Source: Bacteroidota bacterium (GTDB lineage Bacteria > Bacteroidota > Ignavibacteria > Kapaibacteriales > UBA961). From it: 64,000 nucleotides of DNA. Each line of letters opens with the position of its first letter. The stretch's first letter is position 1. The notes beneath the pieces were generated by a model. It was not told the origin of the DNA. It saw only the letters and a list, made by a program, of their open reading frames with translations, and made no database searches. This document shows, in pieces, positions 30,901-40,435 of this stretch. The translations under genes and the position numbers were made by a program. The stretch covers positions 6,185 through 70,184 of the forward strand of contig RGCF01000004.1 of assembly GCA_009919265.1 (NCBI GenBank). Reading direction: 5' to 3'.

Positions 30901-32978
30901 CCCAATTTTGGTCTTGGCAATCAACTTATTCACCAAATGGTACATTACCTATCATTATTCCTAAAGATCAAACAGATACCGTTAGAGTGCTCTTTTGTCC
31001 GAGAACACCTGCGGAGGATAAGTATATCAATTGTGCGGCTCAGATCAGAGTTAAAGCACATGGACCAGGTTGGGAGCGTAATAATTTCCGCATAGTATTG
31101 GCAGGTAAAAGAGCCTTGACCTATAAACCTGAACCAATATCGATTACATTTCCCCCAACACCTGTAGACACAACGCTAAATCCGCAATTTGGAAGAGTCA
31201 CCATTCCTTCTTTTGATAAGAATCCAAATCAATTCCCGATTGTAATTGATTCAATATCGTTTTCACCTGATGAGCGTGTGTTTACAGCTGCTAAATTTGA
31301 TGGTACCCCTTTTGAGCAAGTTACATTACGAAGTGGTGATACGTTAAAATTCCAAGTAAATTTCAAACCAAGAGCCCCGAGACTTTATCAAGCACGAGTG
31401 GTATTGCATGTTAGCCAACCATGCGCTGAGAAAGACACAACCATATTGGTCAGCGGATTAGGACAAGCCAATCCATTTGGTATGTCACTCACATTTGACA
31501 ATCTGCGCATTACTACAGATACATTCCCTGCAACTCAATGTGACACATTACGAATTCCTGTATATGCATCCAGAGATATACCTGCAGATTTGATTGATAT
31601 TCATTGCGGATTGGAACATGATACAACGGAACTACAGTACCTCGGTGTGGTGAGTCCATATTCATCCATAATTTGTGATCCCAAATATCCTCCGTCTATG
31701 AGCATAGGTTCATATGCAAAAGGAACATTGGTTAAAATCAAGAATTTCTGCAATGTAGATTCAACAAGACCAATATTTACCGTATTGTTTGAGTCAAAAA
31801 CAAAAAAACGTGCTTCAATGCCGATATTAATTGATAGTATGTTTTTCGATACAGAGAAAGTCATTTTATATAGAATATATGCCGAACCTGATACCGGCAG
31901 AGTTCTAGTTAGACAATCTTCATTGAAAGCACTGAACACTCTCAATTATGACAGCGTTCGCATATTGGATTGCGTAGATACTACATTGCTCATAGTTAAT
32001 GACGGAGATCTTCCAATTAAGATTACTCCATTTAGTGGATTGCCAAAAGGCGTTTCTTTGATTGGTTCAACACCTCCAATTGATTCTATGCTACAGCCAA
32101 ATGACACAATGCAATGCACCATTCGTTTTTGTCCTCGTTCTTCATCGGCAATGAATGCAAAACTTGATATCACTTCCCTTATCCCCTGCTCTATTGGTGA
32201 TTCTAGTTTATTATCAGGCATAGGCTTTGCACCAAATTTGCAAGTACCATTTTCGATTGGAAAAAATATCAATACAATTGACACTGTTTCGGGCACATTG
32301 GGAGATAAAGTAAAAGTACCTTTATATATCGGTGAAGATTTTTCAACCATATACAGGCAAATAACATATTATCTACAATCGGTTTCATTTGGTTTGACAC
32401 TTAGATATAATCCTTATGCATTGAAATACGAATCAATAGATCAATCAAGTCCAAAGATCACTGTTTCTAAAAACTCTCCTGGAGCTCTCACTGTACAGTT
32501 TACACAACTAGATTCTGTGAAAAAAGGAGAACTTGCAAACGTTAATTTCACAATTGCAGTACCGGATTCTGCCATTTCAACGATGTACATTGAGCCAATT
32601 ATCGTGACAACAGATTCTCTACCCTTTGTGAATATCATTCCATTGTTGGAAAATGCAACATGTATTATTTCAGCAAGATGCAAGCTTCACACATTAACCT
32701 TTGATACCGAGTTACCAACATTAATGGAGCATGCACCAAATCCGGCAACAAATAAAACAGAAATCAGATTTTCATTGAAAGAAAAAGTCCCTTATACATT
32801 AAGTCTCTATGCCTCAGATGGATCATTTATTAAAACCATCTCCGAATCTCTACATTCGTCTGAAATAGGTGAATATTCTGAAATATTGGATGTTTCTTCT
32901 TTATCCAATGGTACATATTTTTATGTTTTGGAAGCCGGATCTTATCGGGCTGCAAGGAAGATGGAAGTGATCAGATAA
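27960..32978 (+). CDS. Large T9SS-secreted surface protein: LamG domain, tandem Ig-like (ASH/choice-of-anchor D) domains, cohesin-like domains, T9SS CTD
   Basis: Signal peptide; LamG motifs TLEMWVK, WTHVAAIFD, GQMDEIRLWN; about 100-aa Cys-containing beta domains ending in L/V-x-G-x-G; CTD PNPA...LSNGTYFYVL...KMEVIR. Confidence 0.8.
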   Translation: MKYITPILFLLLGICTFHMQAQPACDRDRSCIGRAVQMSVNTGRGAHFVEVTGYSIPDKKQTAMTLEMWVKVDRLPNTVQFLGGLWGPGFDNNDSWQLYINQSNELVFEVNGDGTKLRGVDNTKTSVPFSSFFGKWTHVAAIFDGSSNAVSIYLNSELYAGPTNNPTYPVSYLRPPEKQGLRLMFGSTNGLSDNTTINRTFRGQMDEIRLWNRVLTPQELYCNMSKSLAWNTPNLTLYYRCNEADGVVTLCDATGKNFVGTMFSGTKCVPSDRTIQQKVIVQPASLTQELQCIRDTTFVFTITDTSVCGSGATFVMDNVDRTSFTISRATINLLPNQPDTISVRVRSSVVGPIIADLKIRPTNACGREIVVPIRLNRKTEFSFPRTPINFDTLYVGCPSQTYKDTTYRICNVSDSLGIGRGRPVRIESIFNRIPGRFSIVSPSLPATIPQGSCVDIVVRFRVFPNDTSTNFFDTLTINTNDRCEPNVITVPVKGVVREVLSITNEAGNRKLDSIKWGVECINTLSNPSMWVWKNLTSRPITIDTIIVPQGFTGRRLGNKPVLNPNTGYSANYFRFFPQRSGVYKDSAVIRYTINGINCTFEKKVYLSGTGYEAKVRWTARIIDSGDCIVGQQKRIIASIKNEAVDPLNISFYFEVGEVFFFPGGRSFSIAPGETKNVSIDFKPLKDSQYVDKLCLFETRCFTTDCIQVKGRGVLETFKFDPIMMKTENVLGCGEQLDTLDILNIATFDQRVQKFSLADPSGKYSIISPPNLLTLDTIIPRSGKLRVIFKYTPNDITKDRADRAFLNYESNTVKWSAPLYGTSANPKLFLTPLTTFGTIEVSDTITQTVLVENVSFLPVRLDSLTIPQGFSIVSSTRAIPTVMAPRDSILVKVRFQPDSAKTYTGQITAYSDYPCPITEQGSLTGRGIIIPLDIPISLMNWGYTKPCDCVERRLPLVNKSIVHPMTVDSLIIDSTGIPNGTPQFWSWQSTYSPNGTLPIIIPKDQTDTVRVLFCPRTPAEDKYINCAAQIRVKAHGPGWERNNFRIVLAGKRALTYKPEPISITFPPTPVDTTLNPQFGRVTIPSFDKNPNQFPIVIDSISFSPDERVFTAAKFDGTPFEQVTLRSGDTLKFQVNFKPRAPRLYQARVVLHVSQPCAEKDTTILVSGLGQANPFGMSLTFDNLRITTDTFPATQCDTLRIPVYASRDIPADLIDIHCGLEHDTTELQYLGVVSPYSSIICDPKYPPSMSIGSYAKGTLVKIKNFCNVDSTRPIFTVLFESKTKKRASMPILIDSMFFDTEKVILYRIYAEPDTGRVLVRQSSLKALNTLNYDSVRILDCVDTTLLIVNDGDLPIKITPFSGLPKGVSLIGSTPPIDSMLQPNDTMQCTIRFCPRSSSAMNAKLDITSLIPCSIGDSSLLSGIGFAPNLQVPFSIGKNINTIDTVSGTLGDKVKVPLYIGEDFSTIYRQITYYLQSVSFGLTLRYNPYALKYESIDQSSPKITVSKNSPGALTVQFTQLDSVKKGELANVNFTIAVPDSAISTMYIEPIIVTTDSLPFVNIIPLLENATCIISARCKLHTLTFDTELPTLMEHAPNPATNKTEIRFSLKEKVPYTLSLYASDGSFIKTISESLHSSEIGEYSEILDVSSLSNGTYFYVLEAGSYRAARKMEVIR

Positions 32979-33021
32979 TGAATATTAGTAAGGAGCGAAA
33001 AGTACATTCATCCGAATTGCC

Positions 33022-33029
33022 TATTTTTG
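33022..33029 (+). promoter_or_regulatory. Bacteroidota-type -7 element (TATTTTTG)
   Basis: Exact TAnnTTTG match 28 nt before ATG 33058. Confidence 0.55.
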
Positions 33030-33057
33030 CCATATTCAAAATGTGATCAAATCAACC

Positions 33058-35190
33058 ATGTTTCAAGTTGTACAATACCAAAAAAATGGTGAAATGACAT
33101 TGCTTGAGGTTCCCTCTCCTCAATGCAAGGAAGGTGGCATACTTGTTAGAACAGCTGCTTCATTAATTAGTGCCGGTACCGAAAGAACTTCGGTGGTTGG
33201 TGGCCAAGCATCACTGTTAGAACGAGCAAAAAAACAACCTGATCAAGTTAAACTTGTAATTGAAACCTTAAAAAGGGATGGAATCAAGTCAACGATCAAT
33301 AGAGTTCAAGCTAAATTAGACTCATATAAAACGCTGGGGTATAGTGCCTCAGGCATTGTGATCGAATCCTCTTGCGAAGAATTCTCACCTGGAGATAGAG
33401 TTGCATGCGCAGGCGCACAATATGCCCATCATGCTGAATTTATTAGCATTCCAAAAAATCTTGCCGTCAAACTACCTGATGCAGTTTCTTTTATTGATGC
33501 TTCATATACTACTCTAGGTGCAATTGCTCTGCAAGGCATTCGCCAGGCAGATCTTCGTTTGGGAGAAACTGTTGCTGTAATCGGGCTAGGCCTTCTGGGA
33601 CAATTAACAGTTCAAATGTTAAAAGCTTCTGGTTGCAGAGTTATTGGACTTGATGTTCAGGAAGAAGTACTATCACTTGCAATGCAACATGGCTGCGACA
33701 TTGCGCTCCAAAGCAATAATGAAGCAATCTCGACAATCATGAATTTTACGAGAGGCATTGGTACAGATGCGGTCATTATAACAGCAAGTACTGATTCAGA
33801 TTCACCATTACAGTTGGCTTTGCAAATTTCACGAAAGAAAAGTCCGATTGTCATTGTGGGGGCAGTACCCATGAATATACCACGATCTCCATTCTATGAA
33901 AAAGAATTGGATCTTAGGATATCATGTAGTTATGGTCCTGGTAGATATGATCCACTCTATGAAGAGAAAGGCATCGATTATCCTGCAGGATATGTACGCT
34001 GGACCGAGCAAAGAAATATGCAGGCATTTGTAGATTTACTTGAGCAAGGGAGTGTAATTACAACATATCTAACAACGCATACCTTTGCATTGCACGATGC
34101 ATTACATGCCTATGATATCATATCCGGAAAAAATCCTGAGCCCCATTTAGGGATAGCATTATTGTACTCAGAAGATGCCATTCCTTCTCATACAATGAAT
34201 GTTCAATCGAAAAACAAACAAATAGAAACACCTGGAATTGGATTTATCGGTGCAGGAAGCTTCGCTCAGGCACAATTACTTCCACCACTCCGCTCTCTTG
34301 GAGTGAACTTACATGCAGTCTCCACTTCGAATCCAGCAAATGCTTTATCGGTTGCTAAGCACTTTGGATTCGCTCAGGCAAGTACTAATTCTGAAGACAT
34401 CATAGCCGATCCTCTGACAGATATCATTTTTTGTGCTAGCAGACATGATTCACATTCGTCATATGTATTATCGGCATTGAAACATCAGAAACCAATATTT
34501 GTGGAAAAACCATTATGTATCAATCGAGAAGAATTACTTGCCATACAATCTGCTGTCAGTGAGAATAATGACAAAATAATGGTTGGGTTCAATCGAAGAT
34601 TTTCAAAACCTTTTGTTGACATCAAGAAATTCATTTCCGAACGAACATCTCCACTTTCAATAGTATATAGAGTCAATGCTGGAGCTATTCCACTTTCAAG
34701 TTGGATACAAGATCCTAAACAAGGCGGACGCATCATCGGTGAGGCGTGTCATTTCATCGATAGTATGGTATACCTTACTAATGCCAAACCTGTAGAAGTG
34801 TTTGCGCGTGCATTATCGCATGATAGCAGGCATATGGGACATCATGATTCCTCGCATATAACGATTCGTTTCTCTGATGGAAGCATTGGCACCATATTGT
34901 ATTTAGCTAATGGGGATCCATCTGTTGAAAAAGAATATTGCGAAGTATTCTGTGAAGGTAAGTCTGCAATCATGAAGAATTTCACCACGGTTCATTTTTC
35001 TTCGGGGAAAAAAACCAAACAGAAACAATATGATGGAAAGAAAGGACATACAGAAGAAGTTCATGCATTCATTCATGCAATGAAATCTGGAAGTCCTTGT
35101 CCTATTTCTTTTGAAAGCATACTCCAAGTTACTGAAGCGAGCATAGCCGCAGTTGAATCCATGCAACAAGGCACCATCATCACACTTTGA
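33058..35190 (+). CDS. Bi-domain oxidoreductase (MDR/Zn-ADH-like plus Gfo/Idh/MocA)
   Basis: SLISAGTE, LGYSASG, GLGLLG, SYGPGRYD, VRWTEQRN; second domain IGFIGAGSF, FVEKP, VGFNRRF, GGRIIGEACHFID. Confidence 0.88.
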   Translation: MFQVVQYQKNGEMTLLEVPSPQCKEGGILVRTAASLISAGTERTSVVGGQASLLERAKKQPDQVKLVIETLKRDGIKSTINRVQAKLDSYKTLGYSASGIVIESSCEEFSPGDRVACAGAQYAHHAEFISIPKNLAVKLPDAVSFIDASYTTLGAIALQGIRQADLRLGETVAVIGLGLLGQLTVQMLKASGCRVIGLDVQEEVLSLAMQHGCDIALQSNNEAISTIMNFTRGIGTDAVIITASTDSDSPLQLALQISRKKSPIVIVGAVPMNIPRSPFYEKELDLRISCSYGPGRYDPLYEEKGIDYPAGYVRWTEQRNMQAFVDLLEQGSVITTYLTTHTFALHDALHAYDIISGKNPEPHLGIALLYSEDAIPSHTMNVQSKNKQIETPGIGFIGAGSFAQAQLLPPLRSLGVNLHAVSTSNPANALSVAKHFGFAQASTNSEDIIADPLTDIIFCASRHDSHSSYVLSALKHQKPIFVEKPLCINREELLAIQSAVSENNDKIMVGFNRRFSKPFVDIKKFISERTSPLSIVYRVNAGAIPLSSWIQDPKQGGRIIGEACHFIDSMVYLTNAKPVEVFARALSHDSRHMGHHDSSHITIRFSDGSIGTILYLANGDPSVEKEYCEVFCEGKSAIMKNFTTVHFSSGKKTKQKQYDGKKGHTEEVHAFIHAMKSGSPCPISFESILQVTEASIAAVESMQQGTIITL

Positions 35191-35200
35191 TCAAATAAAT

Positions 35201-36196
35201 ATGTCGACCTCAATTCCCTCTCTGATAACTTCTTCATCTGTTAAGAAAGAACAGCGTATTTCATTTCTACAATATATGCTCATGGCAAGAGAATTTGATC
35301 TCGCCATGCAGCGATTAAATAGACAAGGTCGTGCTTTTGGTGGGGTCTATTCACAAACCGGAAATGAAGCAACAAGTGTTGGGTCTGCTTCTGCATTAGG
35401 TCCTAATGATGTTCTATTTCCAATGCACAGAAACATAGGTGGTCATTTTGTATTTGGTCAAGATTTAGATGTTCTCATGAAAGCATTCTTAGCTAGAGAT
35501 GGTAGCCTCATGCGTGGAACTGATGGTACAGGACATTATGCTGATCCTTCCAAACGTATTTATGGAAATATATCTCATTTAGGAGCAATGATTCCTGTGG
35601 CTGCTGGCTTCACGATGGCATCAAAGCTTCGTGGCGAAATGTGTGTTGCAATGACATATATCGGAGATGGTGGCTCACAGACTGGTGAGTTTCATGAAGC
35701 AATGAATTTTGCATCTGTTCAGAAATTACCACTCATATTGATTATTGAGAATAATCAGTATGCATATTCATCTCCTAACTCCATTGAATTTGCCTGCGAA
35801 CAATTGTCAGATCGAGCCAAAGGGTATGGTTGCCATGGGATCACTATTGATGGAACAGATGTTGAGCTTGTGTATGAGACAACACTCAAAGCAGTACAGC
35901 GTGCAAGAAATGGTGAAGGACCAACGATTATAGAAACGATAACAATGCGAATGCGTGGCCATGCGGAACATGACGATTTCAGCTATGTTCCCAAAGATGT
36001 ATTGGCACATTGGCAACAACTAGACCCAGTAGACAGATATATCAATCACTGCATTGCAAAGAGGGTTTTAACGAAAGCAGAGATTGATGCTATGCGCGAA
36101 AAGATAATCCAAGATATGCGCAATGCAATTGATTTAGTTATCGATCTGCCATTTCCTTCACCGGAAGAAGCATTCCGAAATGTATTCATGGATTGA
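35201..36196 (+). CDS. 2-oxoacid (probably branched-chain) dehydrogenase E1 alpha subunit
   Basis: TPP motif GDGG...ENNQYAYS; [10 protein letters not shown]. Start refined to 35201. Confidence 0.88.
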   Translation: MSTSIPSLITSSSVKKEQRISFLQYMLMAREFDLAMQRLNRQGRAFGGVYSQTGNEATSVGSASALGPNDVLFPMHRNIGGHFVFGQDLDVLMKAFLARDGSLMRGTDGTGHYADPSKRIYGNISHLGAMIPVAAGFTMASKLRGEMCVAMTYIGDGGSQTGEFHEAMNFASVQKLPLILIIENNQYAYSSPNSIEFACEQLSDRAKGYGCHGITIDGTDVELVYETTLKAVQRARNGEGPTIIETITMRMRGHAEHDDFSYVPKDVLAHWQQLDPVDRYINHCIAKRVLTKAEIDAMREKIIQDMRNAIDLVIDLPFPSPEEAFRNVFMD

Positions 36197-36201
36197 GTAT
36201 T

Positions 36202-37380
36202 ATGTTACCAAAAAAAATCATGCTTCTTGGTTCAGGCGAACTTGGAAAAGAAACAATTATCAGCGCGCAAAGACTTGGTAATTATGTCATAGCAGTAGAT
36301 TCATATCCAGATGCACCCGGCATGCATGTTGCCGATGAATGCGAAGTTATTTCAATGTTGGACGGTAATGCACTAGATGCAGTCATTGAAAAACACAAAC
36401 CTGATATCATCATTCCCGAAATTGAAGCAATTCGTACTGAGAGATTTTATGTATACGAAGAACGAGGTATACAAGTTGTCCCAAGTGCAAAAGCTGCTAA
36501 TTTCACAATGAACAGAAAAGCTATCAGAGATTTAGCCGCAAAAGAATTGAATGTGAAAACCGCCAAATATGGCTATGCTTCAACATTGGAGGAAGCTCAA
36601 AAAATTGCTCATCAAATGGGCTTCCCATGTATCATCAAGCCACTTATGTCATCTTCCGGAAAAGGTCAATCAACCATCAAAAGTCCGGATGATATTGCAT
36701 CATGCTGGGAATATGCAGCTACAGGTGGAAGAGGAGATTCAACCGAAGTAATTATAGAAGAATTTATAACATTCGATTATGAAATCACTTTGCTAACTGT
36801 TACTCAACAAGATGGACCTGTTCTCTTTTGCCCACCCATTGGACATAGGCAAGAGCGCGGAGATTATCAAGAAAGTTGGCAACCATGTGCAATGTCTGAT
36901 TTAGCCTACAATACCGCATGTACTATCGCTGAACAAGTGACCAAGGCTTTAACCGGAGCAGGACTTTGGGGTGTTGAATTTTTTATCAAAGGAGATGAAG
37001 TCTATTTTTCAGAATTGAGTCCACGCCCTCATGATACCGGTATGGTAACCTTGGCGGGTACACAAACATTTTCTGAATTTGAACTTCATTGTCGAGCAGT
37101 GTTGGGATTACCTATTCCCTATATTCAGTTGGAAAGACCCGGAGCAAGTTCCGTCATCCTGTCCATGGAAGAGAATCCAATTTCACCTGCATTTATAGGA
37201 TTGAAAGAAGCACTTGCCATTCCACAATCCGACCTAAGATTGTTTGGAAAACCAATAACTCGGAAATACAGAAGAATGGGTGTTGCACTTGCTTGGGGTG
37301 ATACTAATACATCGATAGAATCTCTCCGACAAAAAGCAAAACACATTTCAGATAGCATAACAATTCGTCCACAACAATGA
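36202..37380 (+). CDS. purT: Formate-dependent phosphoribosylglycinamide formyltransferase
   Basis: [61 protein letters not shown]. Confidence 0.95.
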   Translation: MLPKKIMLLGSGELGKETIISAQRLGNYVIAVDSYPDAPGMHVADECEVISMLDGNALDAVIEKHKPDIIIPEIEAIRTERFYVYEERGIQVVPSAKAANFTMNRKAIRDLAAKELNVKTAKYGYASTLEEAQKIAHQMGFPCIIKPLMSSSGKGQSTIKSPDDIASCWEYAATGGRGDSTEVIIEEFITFDYEITLLTVTQQDGPVLFCPPIGHRQERGDYQESWQPCAMSDLAYNTACTIAEQVTKALTGAGLWGVEFFIKGDEVYFSELSPRPHDTGMVTLAGTQTFSEFELHCRAVLGLPIPYIQLERPGASSVILSMEENPISPAFIGLKEALAIPQSDLRLFGKPITRKYRRMGVALAWGDTNTSIESLRQKAKHISDSITIRPQQ

Positions 37381-37399
37381 ATCAACTGTTAGGAACTTT

Positions 37400-38374
37400 A
37401 TGCCAATCATGACATATCTTGAAGCAATCGCTGATGCACTTAAACTCGAAATGCGGAATGATCCATCCGTATTCATGATTGGAGAAGATATTGGTACATA
37501 TGGTGGTGCATTCAAATTAACCAAAGGCTTTATTGACGAATTTGGTCCAAACCGAATAATTGATGCACCTATTTCTGAAGCAGCAATCATTGGTGCAGCA
37601 ATAGGGGCTTCACTTAATGGAATGCGACCTGTCGTTGAGATGCAATTCATGGATTTTATCACCTGTGGATTTAATCAATTGGTTAATGTTGCTGGTACAA
37701 CAGCATATCGTTGGGGTATCGGAATACCAATCGTTGTTAGGGGTCCTGCTGGGGGTGGTGTTGGCGCCAATCCATTTCACTCGCGAAATTCAGAAGCATG
37801 GTTTGTACAAGCAACAGGTTTGAAAGTTGTTTGCCCTTCTTCTCCCTCAGATGCCAAAGGTCTCATGACTGCCGCAATTAGAGACAATAATCCAGTTGTC
37901 TTTTTTGAGCATAAAGGACTGTACAGAAAAATAAAGGAAGAAGTACCCGAGGGAGAATATATCATACCATTGGGAAAAGCTCGCATTGTTCAAGAAGGAC
38001 GTGATGCATCTATTATTTGCTATGGTAGTGTTGTGCACATGGCATTGGAAGTTGCTGAAAGATTACAAAAAGAAGGCGTTTCAATTGAAGTCGTCGATAT
38101 AAGGACATTGGTACCCTTCGATGAGGAAACTGTGTTAGCCTCAGCCAGAAAAACAAATAGAGTGCTCATTACTCATGAAGCAACACTTACTGGAGGATTT
38201 GCCGGGGAAATCTCTGCAAGAATTACTGAAAAGGCATTTGATGCATTAGATGCCCCAATCAAAAGGGTTGCAGCTTTCGACTCCCCAACTCCATTCGCTC
38301 CTACTTTAGAGAAAGCAATGCTTCCAAATGCGGAAAAAATAGAGAAGGAACTCAGGGAATTGCTCCAATATTAA
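37400..38374 (+). CDS. 2-oxoacid dehydrogenase E1 beta subunit
   Basis: GEDIGTYGGAF, DAPISEAAIIG, RPVVEMQFMDF, DAKGL, NPVVFFEHK, LDAPIKRV. Confidence 0.9.
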   Translation: MPIMTYLEAIADALKLEMRNDPSVFMIGEDIGTYGGAFKLTKGFIDEFGPNRIIDAPISEAAIIGAAIGASLNGMRPVVEMQFMDFITCGFNQLVNVAGTTAYRWGIGIPIVVRGPAGGGVGANPFHSRNSEAWFVQATGLKVVCPSSPSDAKGLMTAAIRDNNPVVFFEHKGLYRKIKEEVPEGEYIIPLGKARIVQEGRDASIICYGSVVHMALEVAERLQKEGVSIEVVDIRTLVPFDEETVLASARKTNRVLITHEATLTGGFAGEISARITEKAFDALDAPIKRVAAFDSPTPFAPTLEKAMLPNAEKIEKELRELLQY

Positions 38375-38457
38375 CATATAAAATGGCCGAACTGATCATT
38401 AATAAGGTAAGATGGCATATTTCTTGCTTGAATTCATGAGTCCATCTTGGAAAAAGA

Positions 38458-39165
38458 ATGAGGCTTAACTCGATATTTCATGTTCTATTGGTTATTGCTT
38501 GTCTTTCCATCATGAAAGCGCAAGATAAACCACTCTTACAATTTGGATCAGTACCTGATTCAATGATCGTGTTTAGATCGCCGAGACCTTTGATAACCGA
38601 TCAGAAGGAAACTACTCAACAATCTTCATTTTGGAGTGTTGAATTACTTTTTTCTGGAAATGGGTTTGGAGCCGGATGTTCATTTTCCAAGCACTTTTCA
38701 TCATCACTTTCGATGAATATTTTGCTTGGTTTGACCGGAAATAGGAATAGTGATGAGTTGGAATATATAGATCAGATTACTGGAAGCACATTTGTGCCTG
38801 ATAAAGTCAATAGGCTTTTTTCATTTCCTTTGACTTTTGGTCTACAGAAGCGATTGTTTCGAGAATCACTTTCTGAATCATTTAGACCATTCATCGGAGG
38901 TGGAATTGGGTATGCCATGATTCTTCAGGTTCCATATAATCAGAATCTGATTCAAACGGAACAAAGAACTCTCGCTCATGGAAGACCGGCTGCTTATCTC
39001 AGTTTGGGATCAGCATTTGGAAATGAAGGTAAGACATCACTCACAGCACTGATACGCTACTATGTTATACCATTTGGCGGGACAGGTCTGGATAGCATTA
39101 AAAATTTACCAATCACTGACTTCGGTGGTTTATTTATCGCATTGGGAATAGCATTCGGAAATTGA
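38458..39165 (+). CDS. Hypothetical outer-membrane beta-barrel protein
   Basis: Signal peptide; alternating Gly/aromatic strands (RPFIGGGIG); terminal strand FIALGIAF. Confidence 0.55.
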   Translation: MRLNSIFHVLLVIACLSIMKAQDKPLLQFGSVPDSMIVFRSPRPLITDQKETTQQSSFWSVELLFSGNGFGAGCSFSKHFSSSLSMNILLGLTGNRNSDELEYIDQITGSTFVPDKVNRLFSFPLTFGLQKRLFRESLSESFRPFIGGGIGYAMILQVPYNQNLIQTEQRTLAHGRPAAYLSLGSAFGNEGKTSLTALIRYYVIPFGGTGLDSIKNLPITDFGGLFIALGIAFGN

Positions 39166-39187
39166 CACTATTTAAGGTTCGAGTTGT

Positions 39188-40351
39188 ATGAATAGTTTAC
39201 CTTTGAATGGGAAAAAAACAACATTGGTAATCATCGGAGCAATAGCTTCCTTGACTTTGGGTTTGGGAGAATGTGGCAGTGCCCCCGGCACACCGCAAGA
39301 TGTCAATTCAACCAAAAAAGTATCCAAAAAAATCAAAAAATCCACATCATTGGATTCAAATCGAAAGGACAGTTCAAGTACAGGCAAATCTGCAAAGCCA
39401 CAAACTGCCTTGACCGGGCAATTGATCACCTACACTAGATCGGTTATAGGGAATGGCAGACAACTTGACTCAATTCGAAGAGCATATAGAAAAGTAGATA
39501 CAATTCAAAATATTGCATATCGTGCATTCATTACCGTAAACAGAAAAGATCTCCACTATTTTAGAGTTGGCGATACGGTTATGATTCCTAGTGTACTTTC
39601 ACCAAACCTAACAGACTATTCAATCTTCCCTTCAGAATATCATGCTGCTGATTCCATTCCAAAATTGATTATGGTTTCAAATGCATGGCAGAGTTATGCA
39701 TGTTATGAATATGGAAAGTTGATACGCTTTGCAGCATGTAATTCAGGTGAGGAAAGAAAAGCGACATTCCCTGGAAAGTATGCTTTGAATTGGAGACATA
39801 TTTTACGGAGATCTTCACTTAACTCCAGTTGGATTTTGCCTTATACTTGGAATTTTCATCTTCAAGCCGGTAGTGCATTTCATCAATTCGACATGCCGGG
39901 TAGACCAGTTTCTCATTCATGCATTCGACAATTTCGCGATGATGCACGATGGCTCTTCTATTGGGGAGAAGGTGCTGTCAGAGATTCTCTAAAAAGAAGA
40001 TATATCCCCTTTTCTGGAACACCGGTCATCATATTGGACATGTTTGATTTTTCCAGAAAGAAAGGTGGTCCGTGGTGGGACATAAAAGACAATTCATTCA
40101 AGATTGCTTTGCCCGATAACCCATTAGGTACAGAAGAAGCATGGATCCCAATCTCACAAGTACCAAGCAGTGTGAGGGGTGGATTGCAAAATAAAGAGCG
40201 GTATATCGCAGCTGAAGACACATTAAGAGCCCGTGGAATCATAAGAGATGGCGTAAAATTGAGAGCATCAATTCAATATTCTAAAAAGAAAAAGCCAGCG
40301 GTACCAGGAGCTGTACCTAGTCCTGTACCACAGCCAAAGCCATCGAATTAA
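39188..40351 (+). CDS. L,D-transpeptidase (YkuD family)
   Basis: FHQFDMPGRPVSHSCIR catalytic His/Cys motif; N-terminal anchor; low-complexity linkers. Confidence 0.8.
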   Translation: MNSLPLNGKKTTLVIIGAIASLTLGLGECGSAPGTPQDVNSTKKVSKKIKKSTSLDSNRKDSSSTGKSAKPQTALTGQLITYTRSVIGNGRQLDSIRRAYRKVDTIQNIAYRAFITVNRKDLHYFRVGDTVMIPSVLSPNLTDYSIFPSEYHAADSIPKLIMVSNAWQSYACYEYGKLIRFAACNSGEERKATFPGKYALNWRHILRRSSLNSSWILPYTWNFHLQAGSAFHQFDMPGRPVSHSCIRQFRDDARWLFYWGEGAVRDSLKRRYIPFSGTPVIILDMFDFSRKKGGPWWDIKDNSFKIALPDNPLGTEEAWIPISQVPSSVRGGLQNKERYIAAEDTLRARGIIRDGVKLRASIQYSKKKKPAVPGAVPSPVPQPKPSN

Positions 40352-40393
40352 CTGTGAAAGATCTTGGAAATGGCTGATTTGGAAAAACTTTGT

Positions 40394-40401
40394 TATTTTT
40401 G
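40394..40401 (+). promoter_or_regulatory. Bacteroidota-type -7 element (TATTTTTG)
   Basis: Exact match 34 nt upstream of the nif3-like ATG at 40436. Confidence 0.5.
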
Positions 40402-40435
40402 AATCATCACCATTAGGATTTTCCATTGGCAGTTC

